DNA of 35,912 nt from a virus, in IMG/VR virus record IMGVR_UViG_3300045988_044516, positions 1 through 35,912 of that record; one strand, given 5' to 3'. Position numbers and translations under genes: made by a program. Of the stretch, positions 13,626 through 22,533 are shown one piece after another. The notes under the pieces were generated by a model. It saw only the letters and a program-made list of their open reading frames with translations, was not told where the DNA came from and searched no databases. The stretch's first letter is position 1. Every line of letters starts with the position of its first letter.

Positions 13626-14049
13626 AGCTGTTTTGATCAGCATTCGCCCTGAGTGGTGTGAGAAGATCATAAACGGGCGGAAGACGATCGAGGTGCGCAA
13701 GACGCACCCGAATATGAACCCGCCGTTTAAGTGCTATATCTACAAATGCGGAAACGGCAAAGTCATCGGGGAATTTCTGTGCGATGAGATCATCAAGATT
13801 AACGGCGCGGGAAGGATCCCGTCGGATGCTGCGCGGCCAACCTGCCTAGAGCCTGCGGAGCTGCACCAGTATCTCGGAGTTGCTATCGGCTACGGCTGGC
13901 ACATCTCAGATTTGCGCGTTTACGATCACCCGCGCGATCTGTGGGAGTTTACCGGCCTGCGGGAGACAAAATTCGGGTGGGCACCAGGACCGATTACCCG
14001 CCCGCCGCAGAGCTGGCGGTATGTGGAGGAAGAACTATGGGACGGCTGA
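13618..14049 (+). CDS. ASCH-domain protein
   Basis: The N-terminus AVLISIRPEWCEKIINGRKTIEVRK is typical of ASCH domains. Confidence 0.8.
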   Translation: MSKAVLISIRPEWCEKIINGRKTIEVRKTHPNMNPPFKCYIYKCGNGKVIGEFLCDEIIKINGAGRIPSDAARPTCLEPAELHQYLGVAIGYGWHISDLRVYDHPRDLWEFTGLRETKFGWAPGPITRPPQSWRYVEEELWDG

Positions 14050-14546
14050 CGATACCTGATGTTCGGGTGGACGAGCACACGACACGCAGAAGCGTGATTG
14101 ACGTAGCCGCGGTGCGAGAGCACGCGATGGAATTTTATTGTCGGCTGAAAGCCTACGAGGACACGGGGCTTGAACCGGAAGCAGTGGAAACGGTTAAGCT
14201 TGCGCTGGCCGCAAAGCATTTGGTAGACCTCGAAACGCTCAACAATACGCCAATCAGCAGGCTTGTAGAGCTTGCCGAGGCCGACAAGGACGGGCGCGTG
14301 GTGGTGCTGCCGTGCAAGGTGGGCCAGCGGGTGTTCGCCTTGATGGACACGGATAAGCATATAAGCGAGTGCGAGGTCAAGCAGATTGGTATGGGCAATA
14401 AAATCGGCTTTATTGGCCTTGAGCCAATAGGCGCCAGAGGGCGGGAGTATGGCGTATCGCTAAACGGATTTGGCAAGACCGTATTTCTCACCCGCGAGGA
14501 GGCCGAAAAGGCGCTGGAAGAAAGGGAGGGCAAGAAGGATGGTTGA
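14037..14546 (+). CDS. Hypothetical protein (169 aa)
   Basis: Internal ATG at 14037 follows GGAGGAAGA. Confidence 0.7.
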   Translation: MGRLTIPDVRVDEHTTRRSVIDVAAVREHAMEFYCRLKAYEDTGLEPEAVETVKLALAAKHLVDLETLNNTPISRLVELAEADKDGRVVVLPCKVGQRVFALMDTDKHISECEVKQIGMGNKIGFIGLEPIGARGREYGVSLNGFGKTVFLTREEAEKALEEREGKKDG

Positions 14547-14763
14547 AAACCGTGTGTGCTTTACCGTCCGAGGAGAGTTCGGAGCGCAGATGAGCTTCGA
14601 GTCAGAAAACACGATCCCGTATGAAGATCTGTGCAAGTGTGTCAACAAGGATACGTTGGTTGAGCTGATGTGCCTCGACAGGCTCGGCTATACCGGCGAC
14701 GATATTCAGTTCATCACGCCAGAAGAATACGACGAGCACTTTGGAGATGACGAAGATGGTTGA
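14539..14763 (+). CDS. Hypothetical protein (74 aa)
   Basis: ATG at 14539 follows AGGGAGGG. Confidence 0.65.
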   Translation: MVENRVCFTVRGEFGAQMSFESENTIPYEDLCKCVNKDTLVELMCLDRLGYTGDDIQFITPEEYDEHFGDDEDG

Positions 14764-15073
14764 CGAATACATCAGCCGCGAAGCGGCGCTGAAAGATTTT
14801 GAAGCCAGCAACGCTCACAATCCGTACTGGACGCCTCCGCGTGTGAAAACGCTCCTGCTTCGCCAGCCCGCCGCCGACGTTGCGGAGGTGCACCATGCAC
14901 GATGGGAAGAAGCGGACTGGCACGAATATGACGCGCAGAGCGGGGAAACGATTCGCTTTCCTAAAGCGGCAATCGTATGCTCGGACTGCCGGAACGCTTT
15001 CAAAAAGGATGCACTTTGGAAAAGGAATTCCTGTCCAAACTGCGGAGCGAAGATGGACGGAGCTGCCGAATGA
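14756..15073 (+). CDS. Hypothetical protein with C-terminal zinc ribbon
   Basis: Contains CSDCRNAF...CPNCGAKM. The start is ambiguous (TTG 14741, ATG 14747 or ATG 14756). Confidence 0.65.
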   Translation: MVDEYISREAALKDFEASNAHNPYWTPPRVKTLLLRQPAADVAEVHHARWEEADWHEYDAQSGETIRFPKAAIVCSDCRNAFKKDALWKRNSCPNCGAKMDGAAE

Positions 15074-15528
15074 GCGGCCTGCGGTTTGAATCCATGGCGG
15101 ACATGCCGCCGAGGATGCGGGAGGCTTACGCGCGGCAGATGCGCGACCTTTCAGGCGCTGCGGCGCCAGCTACCCTTCACAAGGGGAGCCATGGGAAGAC
15201 GAAGTACGGCAGCCGGAAGGATACGCGCGGCGAGCTGCGCTTCGACAGCCAGAAGGAGGCGCGGCGGTACGACGAGCTGATGGTGATGCTCCGGGCTGGC
15301 ATTATCTCCGATCTGCGGCTGCAGCCGCAATTCACGCTGCAGGAATCTTATGTGACAGAGACTGGCGAGCGCATCCGCGCAGTGCGGTACACGGCGGACT
15401 TTTCGTACAAATTCGGCGGAAAGCTGGTCGTCGAGGACGTGAAGTCCAAGCCGACGCGGACAAAGGAGTATCTGCGCAACCGGAAATTCATGCGGTCCAA
15501 ATTCGGGATCGAGATCCAGGAGGTCTGA
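15070..15528 (+). CDS. DUF1064-family protein (restriction-endonuclease-like fold, putative resolvase)
   Basis: Pattern LRFDSQKEARRYDEL...GIISDLRLQPQFTL...RYTADFSY...VVEDVKSKPT. The ATG overlaps the previous stop. Confidence 0.8.
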   Translation: MSGLRFESMADMPPRMREAYARQMRDLSGAAAPATLHKGSHGKTKYGSRKDTRGELRFDSQKEARRYDELMVMLRAGIISDLRLQPQFTLQESYVTETGERIRAVRYTADFSYKFGGKLVVEDVKSKPTRTKEYLRNRKFMRSKFGIEIQEV

Positions 15529-15529
15529 C

Positions 15530-15733
15530 ATGCCAGAAAAAAACGAGAGCAGCCCGCGCGAGGCATGCGGGCTACCGAAGCAGGGCAATGCCTGTCCGTA
15601 TGCAAAGCTCGCGCCGGTTCTTTGCGCGCGGTGCGGCTGGAACCCGGATGAGCACGCGCGGCGGCAGGCGCTGCCGTTGACCGAGAACGCCGACGGGCTG
15701 CGACACAAAGATATCAGCCAGCCCGAGGACTAA
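15530..15733 (+). CDS. Small Cys-containing protein (67 aa)
   Basis: ATG follows CAGGAGG. Confidence 0.65.
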   Translation: MPEKNESSPREACGLPKQGNACPYAKLAPVLCARCGWNPDEHARRQALPLTENADGLRHKDISQPED

Positions 15734-15744
15734 GACCAGCAATC

Positions 15745-16067
15745 AGCCGGGGAACCATATTTTTTCGGACTTATGCCGCGGCCGCTCCGCCATGAGACGG
15801 CTGCGGGAGGATCACCCCGGCTCTGCACCCGGCCCGCGAAACCTCAAGCCCGCGGGCCGGGGATAAAAAGCGCGTGTGGAACGTGCGCGCGGATGGGAAC
15901 CGTCAACGTTACCCCACGCCGGGTGTTGGGATCGCCCGGCGGCATCGTGTTACCTCCTTATGGAAAGCTGCCTGAGCAGACAAGGGCAGCTCGTCTGCGG
16001 CGACAGGGGGACGCGCAGGCGCAGGCGGTGCAAGTCCGCCCTGCATAGGGGCCGGGAGACCGGCCCC
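15745..16067 (+). other. Hairpin-dense GC-rich non-coding island (possible structured RNA or replication/packaging cis element)
   Basis: Seven strong helices were read directly, for example an 11-bp all-GC stem at 15828-38/15851-61 and GGGGCCGG-GAGA-CCGGCCCC at 16048-67. No ORF with an SD is present. Confidence 0.5.
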
Positions 16068-16086
16068 TGACGAAAGGAGAATGGAA

Positions 16087-16500
16087 ATGTCACACGTAGT
16101 CGATCTGACGGGCATGGACTTTGGATATTTGCACGTCATCGGGCGGGATACCAGCAAAAAAGGAGACAGGGCACACTGGATCTGCCGGTGTAAATGCGGG
16201 ACCATCTGCAGCAAAGACGGGAAATACCTCCGGAACGGGCATGCAAAGAGCTGCGGCTGCTTCCGGAAAGAACGCGCGGCCACGCTCGTCACCAAGAAGG
16301 ATCCAGCCAAAAAGCCAAAAGCCGAACCGAAGAAGAAAAAATTCGGCCGCGGCCCGCAGCGGGCAGGCTCCGGGATCTGCTACAACCCACTCTGTCCAAT
16401 GCGCAACAACTACCGCGGCGCCTGGAGCTGCACCGAATGCCGCTTCTGCCCGGAACGCAAATTTGCCCGCCAGTCCAGGCGGGAGATCATCACAATTTGA
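16087..16500 (+). CDS. Zinc-ribbon phage protein
   Basis: Contains LTGMDFGYLHVIGR...HWICRCKCGTICS...GHAKSCGC, then a Lys-rich linker and a second Cys cluster. The second ATG (16087) is better spaced from AAGGAGA. Confidence 0.75.
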   Translation: MSHVVDLTGMDFGYLHVIGRDTSKKGDRAHWICRCKCGTICSKDGKYLRNGHAKSCGCFRKERAATLVTKKDPAKKPKAEPKKKKFGRGPQRAGSGICYNPLCPMRNNYRGAWSCTECRFCPERKFARQSRREIITI

Positions 16501-16513
16501 AGGGAGTATCAAA

Positions 16514-16864
16514 ATGGCAGAAATCATGGGCACGTTTGCGCACGACCTAGACAATTTTGTCGCATACTACGAAAAACAGCAATGGGATACCAGCTTCCGC
16601 GGCGAGCAATACCCGCCGCGCATCGTCATGGAGCAGTCCACGCCGCCGCTCTTCGAAGTGGGGGCGGACGGTGCAAAGACGCTGGTGCCTAATCCGACAA
16701 TTCAGATTATTGGTCGACCGGAGACTGAGGTTGTTACGACCGGCAAACTGCGGATCAGCAAAAAGGATTTCACAAATCTGACCAACCGCGCCGCCGCTCT
16801 GCTGGAGCTGTTCCTGCACGGGTTTATGCAGGAGCGCAAGGAAATGGAGGCGGCACAGGAATGA
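16514..16864 (+). CDS. Hypothetical protein (116 aa)
   Basis: Internal ATG at 16514 follows GAAGGGAG. Confidence 0.7.
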   Translation: MAEIMGTFAHDLDNFVAYYEKQQWDTSFRGEQYPPRIVMEQSTPPLFEVGADGAKTLVPNPTIQIIGRPETEVVTTGKLRISKKDFTNLTNRAAALLELFLHGFMQERKEMEAAQE

Positions 16865-17382
16865 CAGACACAAAAAACATCTATTGGTCTGCAATTGAGA
16901 CATTTGGCTATGATTTGCAGATTGCGGTTGCAATAGAAGAAATGGCAGAGCTGACAAAGGAGCTGTGCAAGGCGCAGCGGGTGACGTTTGCGGGCCGCAG
17001 TGGGCTTGGGGACGGACTGATTGACAACTATGACGAGATCGCCGAGGAGATCGCGGACGTGCAGATCGTACTGGATGAAATGATGTGGGCGTTCGGTGTA
17101 GCGGCAGAGGTACAGTACGCCAGAAAGCAAAAGCTCGCACGGCTGGAAATGCGGATCGAGAAAGCAAGAGAGGAACGCGGGGATAATCGTGAGCACACCG
17201 CACATTGGGAGGAGCTGGGCCCGAAAGGGGCTCCATGGCATGCAAAGCTGAATGGGCCGGGGCCAGACCCCAAAGGAGCGCGAGGCGCGTGGGGGCACTG
17301 CCCGAAATGCGGGGCATCAGATTGCGAATGGGACGCTGAGACAGACATATGCACATGCAAGGCATGCGGATACACGAACTGA
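16861..17382 (+). CDS. MazG-like nucleotide pyrophosphohydrolase domain protein with C-terminal zinc ribbon
   Basis: Contains AIEEMAELTKELCK...EIAEEIADVQIVLDEM, and the C-terminus has CPKCG...CTCKACG. Confidence 0.75.
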   Translation: MTDTKNIYWSAIETFGYDLQIAVAIEEMAELTKELCKAQRVTFAGRSGLGDGLIDNYDEIAEEIADVQIVLDEMMWAFGVAAEVQYARKQKLARLEMRIEKAREERGDNREHTAHWEELGPKGAPWHAKLNGPGPDPKGARGAWGHCPKCGASDCEWDAETDICTCKACGYTN

Positions 17383-17393
17383 CCGTTGAAACT

Positions 17394-17414
17394 GTGGCCG
17401 GAATTTCCGGCCAC
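17394..17414. other. Perfect 21-nt palindrome immediately upstream of the Rep-like gene
   Basis: GTGGCCGGAA-T-TTCCGGCCAC. Only a weak T tract (GCTTTG) follows it. Confidence 0.5.
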
Positions 17415-17449
17415 GCTTTGAGCGGGCAGAGATGGGAGGAGCTGAGACT

Positions 17450-18217
17450 ATGGTGAAGAGGCACAAGCGTCGCCTGTTTACAGGGGCGGTATGTACGCAG
17501 ATCGTTTATACCGTGTCCGATGGCGCGGACAAAAAGACCAGCAAGCCGCGAAAGCCGCGCTTCCAGACGCAGGCGGAGCGCGATGAATTCAACAGCAAGC
17601 AATCGCTGAATCGGCTCGTTGCGCTGATGAACGACAATTTCTCGCCCACAAGCCTGTATTCCACCCTGACATTGGATGCAGAAAACGAGGTACATACCGC
17701 AGAGGAAATGCGCAGAGTGCGTGACAACCTTGTGCGCCGCATGCAGTATCACTATCCGGAGGCCAAAATCGTTGCTTTCTACGGAAGAGGAAAAACAACC
17801 AATCGCTTCCATTTGCACCTGGTAACAGAGGGGATCCCGGAAGAAGCCATCGGCGGGCTTTGGGGGCTCGGAAGCGTGATCGAGGTTCGGCACCTGCGAA
17901 AGCACAACTATTATATAGACGAGCAGGGAAACAAGGTCGACCACGGCCAGGACTACACAGCACTTGCCAGTTACCTGCATGCGCACTGGAGAAAAGAATT
18001 CGGCGGCCACCGGTACAAGGCGACGCGAAATTGTATCCGCCCAGAGCCGGAGCCCGCGACCGAGGCGGTCCGGGACTACAGCCTGACGCGCCCGCCAGTC
18101 GCCCCGCGCGGTTACATCCTCGTAGAGGCCCGGACGACAAAGTACGGGTATCAATATTATAAGTATGTAGTCGACCCAAGATTAGAGCACAAGCGGAACG
18201 GGAGCCGCTTAAATTAA
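17450..18217 (+). CDS. HUH-endonuclease-like rolling-circle replication initiator (Rep-like)
   Basis: ATG at 17450 lies 9 nt after GGGAGGA. Motif I-like is YSTLTLD. The HUH motif is RFHLHLV (H-L-H at 17810-17818). Downstream Tyr candidates are ASYLHAHWRK and HRYKATR. Confidence 0.6.
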   Translation: MVKRHKRRLFTGAVCTQIVYTVSDGADKKTSKPRKPRFQTQAERDEFNSKQSLNRLVALMNDNFSPTSLYSTLTLDAENEVHTAEEMRRVRDNLVRRMQYHYPEAKIVAFYGRGKTTNRFHLHLVTEGIPEEAIGGLWGLGSVIEVRHLRKHNYYIDEQGNKVDHGQDYTALASYLHAHWRKEFGGHRYKATRNCIRPEPEPATEAVRDYSLTRPPVAPRGYILVEARTTKYGYQYYKYVVDPRLEHKRNGSRLN

Positions 18218-18267
18218 GCCTTGTATATGCGTAAGGTTTTAGGACGAAGCAGGAAGGAAGTGGGAAA

Positions 18268-18678
18268 GTGTCAAAGCCGAGATACTGGTGGTACTGGAAC
18301 GTCTGCCGAACCATCGGCGAATTCCCGAAACTGGACAGACAGGTTCGGGATATGAGCCGCCAGAAGATCACACCAGGATATTCCGCGCAGCCGGGCGGGC
18401 ATTCATCCGGGCGCGCCGTCGAGGATATCGCCGTGCGGGTTTTATCTTCGCGGGAGTACGAGGACTATGCTGCCGTGCAAGCCGCGATCAATACCGCACA
18501 GACATGGCGGGACGGAGCCGACGTGCTGGAGATCGTGCGCCTGCACGCATGGATCTGGCCGAGGGAAAGCATGGAATCCGCCGCGCGCCGGGTGCATGTC
18601 AGCCAGTCGACAGCCAAGCGCATGTACAGCCGTTTTGTATACGAAGCGGCGCGGGAGCTTGGCTATCGCAAAAATTGA
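18268..18678 (+). CDS. RinA/ArpU-like late-gene transcriptional activator (sigma region-4-like C-terminus)
   Basis: 136 aa. It sits directly upstream of HNH and terminase. The C-terminus reads SAARRVHVSQSTAKRMYSRFVYEAARELG. Confidence 0.65.
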   Translation: MSKPRYWWYWNVCRTIGEFPKLDRQVRDMSRQKITPGYSAQPGGHSSGRAVEDIAVRVLSSREYEDYAAVQAAINTAQTWRDGADVLEIVRLHAWIWPRESMESAARRVHVSQSTAKRMYSRFVYEAARELGYRKN

Positions 18679-18736
18679 GCCAACAGGGCCAAAAAAATGT
18701 GCTACAGTGATAGCGTGAAGAATTGGAGGGAACAGG

Positions 18737-19069
18737 ATGCAGCCATGGGCCGCACGCTTTTACGCGTCCGGGCGCTGGAAGAAATGCCGCGCCGGGTATA
18801 TCAAGTTCCGCCGGACCATCGACGGCGGGCTGTGCGAAGAATGCAGAGACAAACCGGGCTACATCGTCCACCACAAGCGGGCGCTCACGCCGGATAACAT
18901 CGAAGACCCGGACGTCAGCCTGTCCTACTCCAACCTCGAGTACGTATGTAAAGACTGTCACGATCAGTTCGACGGGCACGGCATCGCAAGATCTCTGACG
19001 CAAAAAATTTTCTTCGACGCAGCCGGAGACCCGATCCCCCCCGTCGCGCGAGGCCGGGGCGCCGGCTAG
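18737..19069 (+). CDS. HNH endonuclease (terminase-associated)
   Basis: Contains CEECR...GYIVHHKRALTPDN...NLEYVCKDCHD. Confidence 0.9.
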   Translation: MQPWAARFYASGRWKKCRAGYIKFRRTIDGGLCEECRDKPGYIVHHKRALTPDNIEDPDVSLSYSNLEYVCKDCHDQFDGHGIARSLTQKIFFDAAGDPIPPVARGRGAG

Positions 19070-19200
19070 ATCACCGCACGCCCTACCTCGGAAGAATACG
19101 CAGGACGGTCGCGAGGCCCCCATGCTTTGAAGCGGCGATAAGTAATCCACGCGCACGCGCGGACAGACGGAAAAAATCACACGAAAAGGAGGCGGTTTTT

Positions 19201-19581
19201 GTGGCGAACAGGCAGGAAAAGACAAAGGAACAGCGTATCCGCGCCGAGAAAACCAGACTCCGGAGGATCTACAAGCTTCTGCCGAAGGAAGCGGCCGGGA
19301 CTGTCGCGGGACTCATCGATCAGGCAGCCTTTATGCGCATCGAGTGCGAGGATATGGCGGACGACCTGCGGGAAAACGGATGGACGGAGAAATTCCAGCA
19401 GTCGGAGCGACTGGAGCCATATGACCGCGCCCGGCCGATCGGGCAGGCGTACAACTCAACGAACGCGAACTACCAGAAGATCATCAAGCAGCTCACGGCG
19501 CTCCTGCCGAAGCCGGACACCGCGCCGAAGCAGGAGGACGACGGATTTGCAAGCTTTGTCCGGGAGCGTGACGAGCTGTGA
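19201..19581 (+). CDS. terS: Terminase small subunit (P27-family-like)
   Basis: GTG start lies 8 nt after AAGGAGG. The call rests on size, position and the pattern GLIDQAAFMRIECEDMADDLRENGW. Confidence 0.8.
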   Translation: MANRQEKTKEQRIRAEKTRLRRIYKLLPKEAAGTVAGLIDQAAFMRIECEDMADDLRENGWTEKFQQSERLEPYDRARPIGQAYNSTNANYQKIIKQLTALLPKPDTAPKQEDDGFASFVRERDEL

Positions 19582-21329
19582 CGCGCTATCCAGAAACGTA
19601 CAATCCGATCCTCGAATACTGGGCCGCGATCCAGTCCGGACGTGAAACGGTGAGCCTCAAGGTGCAGAAGACCTACAGACATGTGGTCGCGCAGCTTGAA
19701 AACGCGGATTCCGAGTTTTATTATTCCCCGCGCCGGGCAAACCACGTCCTCGAATTTTTTGAAAACTACTGCCACCACTCCAAGGGCAAAGCGGGCGGCC
19801 AGCTCGTCAAGCTGGAGCTCTGGGAAAAAGCGCTGCTGGCGACTGTCTTCGGGTTTATCGACATCGAGGGCAACCGCCAGTACCGCGAAGCGATCCTCAT
19901 TGTCGGCAAGAAAAACGGCAAGTCACTGCTTGCGTCAGGCGTCGGCCTGTATTTGCAGACGGCGGACGGTGAGGCTGGCCCGGAGGTCTACGCCGTGGCC
20001 ACCAAGCGAGACCAGGCGAAGATCATCTGGCAGGAAGCAAAGCGGATGGTCAAGAAGTCCCCGGCGCTCTGCCGCCGGATGCGCAGTCTGGTCGCTGAGC
20101 TGGACAGCGATTTTAACGACGGCGTTTTCAAGCCGCTGGCCTCTGACAGTGACACCCTCGACGGCCTCAACATCCACGGGGCCATGATGGATGAGATCCA
20201 CCAGTGGAAGAGCGGGCGCGCCCTGTACGACATCATCGCCGACGGCGTAACGGCCCGTGAGCAGCCGCTGATCTTTATCACTTCCACCGCGGGCACCATC
20301 CGCGAGGACATCTACGACGAGAAATACGAAGAAGCCGAGCGCATCATCAACGGCTACGAAGATCCGGACGGGTACCACGACCCGCGCCGGATCGCGTTTA
20401 TTTACGAGCTCGACAAGCGCAGCGAGTGGACGGACCCGGACTGCTGGAAAAAGGCAAATCCGGGCCTCGGGACGATCAAGAGCTACACGGCGCTGAAAGA
20501 GCGGGTCGAGCGGGCAGAGAAAAACCCGGCCCTCGTCCGCAACCTCGTCTGCAAGGATTTCAACATCCGCGAAACGTCCTCCGAAGCCTGGCTCAATTTT
20601 GAGCAGCTGGACAACCGCGACACCTTCCAGCTCGACAGGGAAAACCGCCGCCTGATCTGGCAGCATTACATGGCGGACGGGAATGTGCAGGAGCGCGTCC
20701 TGTCCTACCCACGCTACGGCATCGGCGGCGCGGATCTGTCCAAGACCACCGACCTGACGGCGGCGAAGGTCCTGTTCCAGGTGCCGGAGCTGCCGGAGAT
20801 CCTGTTTGTGCTGCAGATGTACTGGCTGCCGCAGGACCTTTTGGAAAAGCGCGTCACGGAGGACAAGATCCCCTACGACAAGTGGCATGAGCGCGGGCTG
20901 CTCCGCCTGTCCGAGGGCAACAAGATCCGCTATGAGGACGTCAAAGCATGGTTCATCGAGGTGCAGGAAGACCTCGATATTTTTATCCCCTTTATCGGGT
21001 ATGATGCGTGGTCTGCGTCTTATTGGGTGGACAGCATGGCGGACTATTTCGGGGCCGAGGCCATGATCGCCGTACATCAGGGCGTGAAGACCTTGTCAGA
21101 GCCCATGAAGCGCTGCGGGAACGACTTGGAATCCAAGCGCATTATTTACAATAACCACCCGATCGACAAATGGAATCTCGCAAACACCGCCTATGACGAG
21201 GACAAAAACGGCAACATCCAGCCGCACAAGACGAGCAAGTCCACGCGCCGCATCGACGGCACGGCGGCCCTGCTCGACGCCTACACGATCTACGACCAGA
21301 AGCAGGCGGAATACACCAGTATGCTCTAG
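19578..21329 (+). CDS. terL: Terminase large subunit
   Basis: 583 aa. The Walker A-like motif is IVGKKNGKS. It has Terminase_1-type architecture and overlaps the terS stop. Confidence 0.95.
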   Translation: MTRYPETYNPILEYWAAIQSGRETVSLKVQKTYRHVVAQLENADSEFYYSPRRANHVLEFFENYCHHSKGKAGGQLVKLELWEKALLATVFGFIDIEGNRQYREAILIVGKKNGKSLLASGVGLYLQTADGEAGPEVYAVATKRDQAKIIWQEAKRMVKKSPALCRRMRSLVAELDSDFNDGVFKPLASDSDTLDGLNIHGAMMDEIHQWKSGRALYDIIADGVTAREQPLIFITSTAGTIREDIYDEKYEEAERIINGYEDPDGYHDPRRIAFIYELDKRSEWTDPDCWKKANPGLGTIKSYTALKERVERAEKNPALVRNLVCKDFNIRETSSEAWLNFEQLDNRDTFQLDRENRRLIWQHYMADGNVQERVLSYPRYGIGGADLSKTTDLTAAKVLFQVPELPEILFVLQMYWLPQDLLEKRVTEDKIPYDKWHERGLLRLSEGNKIRYEDVKAWFIEVQEDLDIFIPFIGYDAWSASYWVDSMADYFGAEAMIAVHQGVKTLSEPMKRCGNDLESKRIIYNNHPIDKWNLANTAYDEDKNGNIQPHKTSKSTRRIDGTAALLDAYTIYDQKQAEYTSML

Positions 21330-21339
21330 GAGTGAGACA

Positions 21340-22533
21340 ATGGGATTTTTTAAAAACCTCCTGACGAATATCACGACCACCAAACGCGTCTCGACCGTCC
21401 AGATGGTGCAGGAGCGCGGGAATGGATTTTACAGCTACAACGGCAAAATGTATCAGTCAGACATCGTCCGCGCCTGCATCCGGCCCAAGATCAAGGCCAT
21501 CGGCAAGCTGACGGCCAAGCACATCCGGGAGACCATCACCGCCCAGACGCGGAAGATCGCCGTCAACCCGGAGCCGTACATCCGCTTCCTGCTCGAAGAG
21601 CCGAACCAATACATGACCGGCCAGCTGCTGCAGGAGAAGCTGGCCGCGCAGCTGGTCCTCAACAACAACGCCTTCGCCGTGATCCTCCGGGATGAAAACG
21701 GTCTGCCGAACGCCATTTTTCCAGTCGCGGCCATGCAGGCAGACGCTGTCTATGACGCGGGCGGAAATTTGTATCTGAAATTTTACATGCAGAACGGCAG
21801 CGTACTGACGTTTGCCTACGACGATGTGATCCACCTGCGCGGGGATTTCTACGAGAACGACATCTTCGGCGACCCCATCGCCCCGGCCATCGTGCCGCTC
21901 ATGGAGATCGTCACCACGACGGATCAGGGCATCGTCAAGGCCATCCGGAATAGCGCCGTCATCCGCTGGCTTTTGATGTTCGCATCCTCCATGCGCGCGG
22001 AGGATATCAAGAAGCGCGCGCAGGACTTTGCCGACAGTTTCCTCAGTGTTTCCAACGGCACGGGCGTCGCGGCCGTCGACGCAAAGGCCGAGGCCAAGCA
22101 GATCGACCCCAAGGACTACGTCCCGAACGCCGCCCAGATGGATAAGACCACGCAGCGCATCTACGCTCTGTTTAATACCAACCCGCATATCGTCACGTCG
22201 ATCGCGACAGAGGACGAACAGAGCGCGTATTTTGACGCCGAGATCGAGCCGGTTTTGAAGCAGCTCAGCGGCGAGTACACCCGCAAGCTATTCTCCCGGC
22301 GCGAGCGCGGATGCGGGAATCGCATCGTATTCGAGGCCTCCGCGTGGGATTTCGCGTCGACCGCGACCAAGCTCAACCTCCTGCAGCTGGTCGACCGAGG
22401 CGCGCTGACACCGAATGAATGGCGGCGTGCGTTCAATCTTGCACCGGTAGACGGCGGAGACAAGCCGATCCGCAGGCTGGACACGCAGCCAGTCAACCAG
22501 AATACCAACCAGAAGGGAGATGAAACCGCATGA
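21340..22533 (+). CDS. Portal protein (HK97 family)
   Basis: ATG at 21340 follows TAGGAGTGAG. 397 aa, positioned between terL and the protease. Confidence 0.9.
   Translation: MGFFKNLLTNITTTKRVSTVQMVQERGNGFYSYNGKMYQSDIVRACIRPKIKAIGKLTAKHIRETITAQTRKIAVNPEPYIRFLLEEPNQYMTGQLLQEKLAAQLVLNNNAFAVILRDENGLPNAIFPVAAMQADAVYDAGGNLYLKFYMQNGSVLTFAYDDVIHLRGDFYENDIFGDPIAPAIVPLMEIVTTTDQGIVKAIRNSAVIRWLLMFASSMRAEDIKKRAQDFADSFLSVSNGTGVAAVDAKAEAKQIDPKDYVPNAAQMDKTTQRIYALFNTNPHIVTSIATEDEQSAYFDAEIEPVLKQLSGEYTRKLFSRRERGCGNRIVFEASAWDFASTATKLNLLQLVDRGALTPNEWRRAFNLAPVDGGDKPIRRLDTQPVNQNTNQKGDETA

Noticed and set aside
15966-15998. Possible H-type pseudoknot from the interleaved AGCTGCC/GGCAGCT and GCAGAC/GTCTGC helices.
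   Set aside because: The connecting loops (3, 3 and 1 nt) are too short to span 6-7 bp helices. They are more likely alternative or independent pairings, so this is reported only as part of the structured island.
15959-16048. tRNA-like T-arm (GGCGG-UGCAAGU-CCGCC) suggesting a class II tRNA.
   Set aside because: The loop has G where the invariant U55 should be. The putative acceptor stem pairs at only 5 of 7 positions. There is no U8, no plausible D-arm and no anticodon arm.
15773-16048. A 91-codon plus-strand ORF inside the structured island.
   Set aside because: It has no SD, its composition is dominated by Arg/Pro/Gly/Ala as expected of a random GC-rich frame, and it coincides with the stem-loops.
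16021-16067. Cobalamin-riboswitch-like fragments: GGTGCAAGTCC and a B12-box-like GCCGGGAGACCGGCC.
   Set aside because: The other conserved riboswitch elements (AGGGAA, CCCGC-ACTG, GCCACTG, GGGAAGGC) are absent, and the spacing is far too short. The B12-box-like string is simply a perfect GNRA-loop hairpin.
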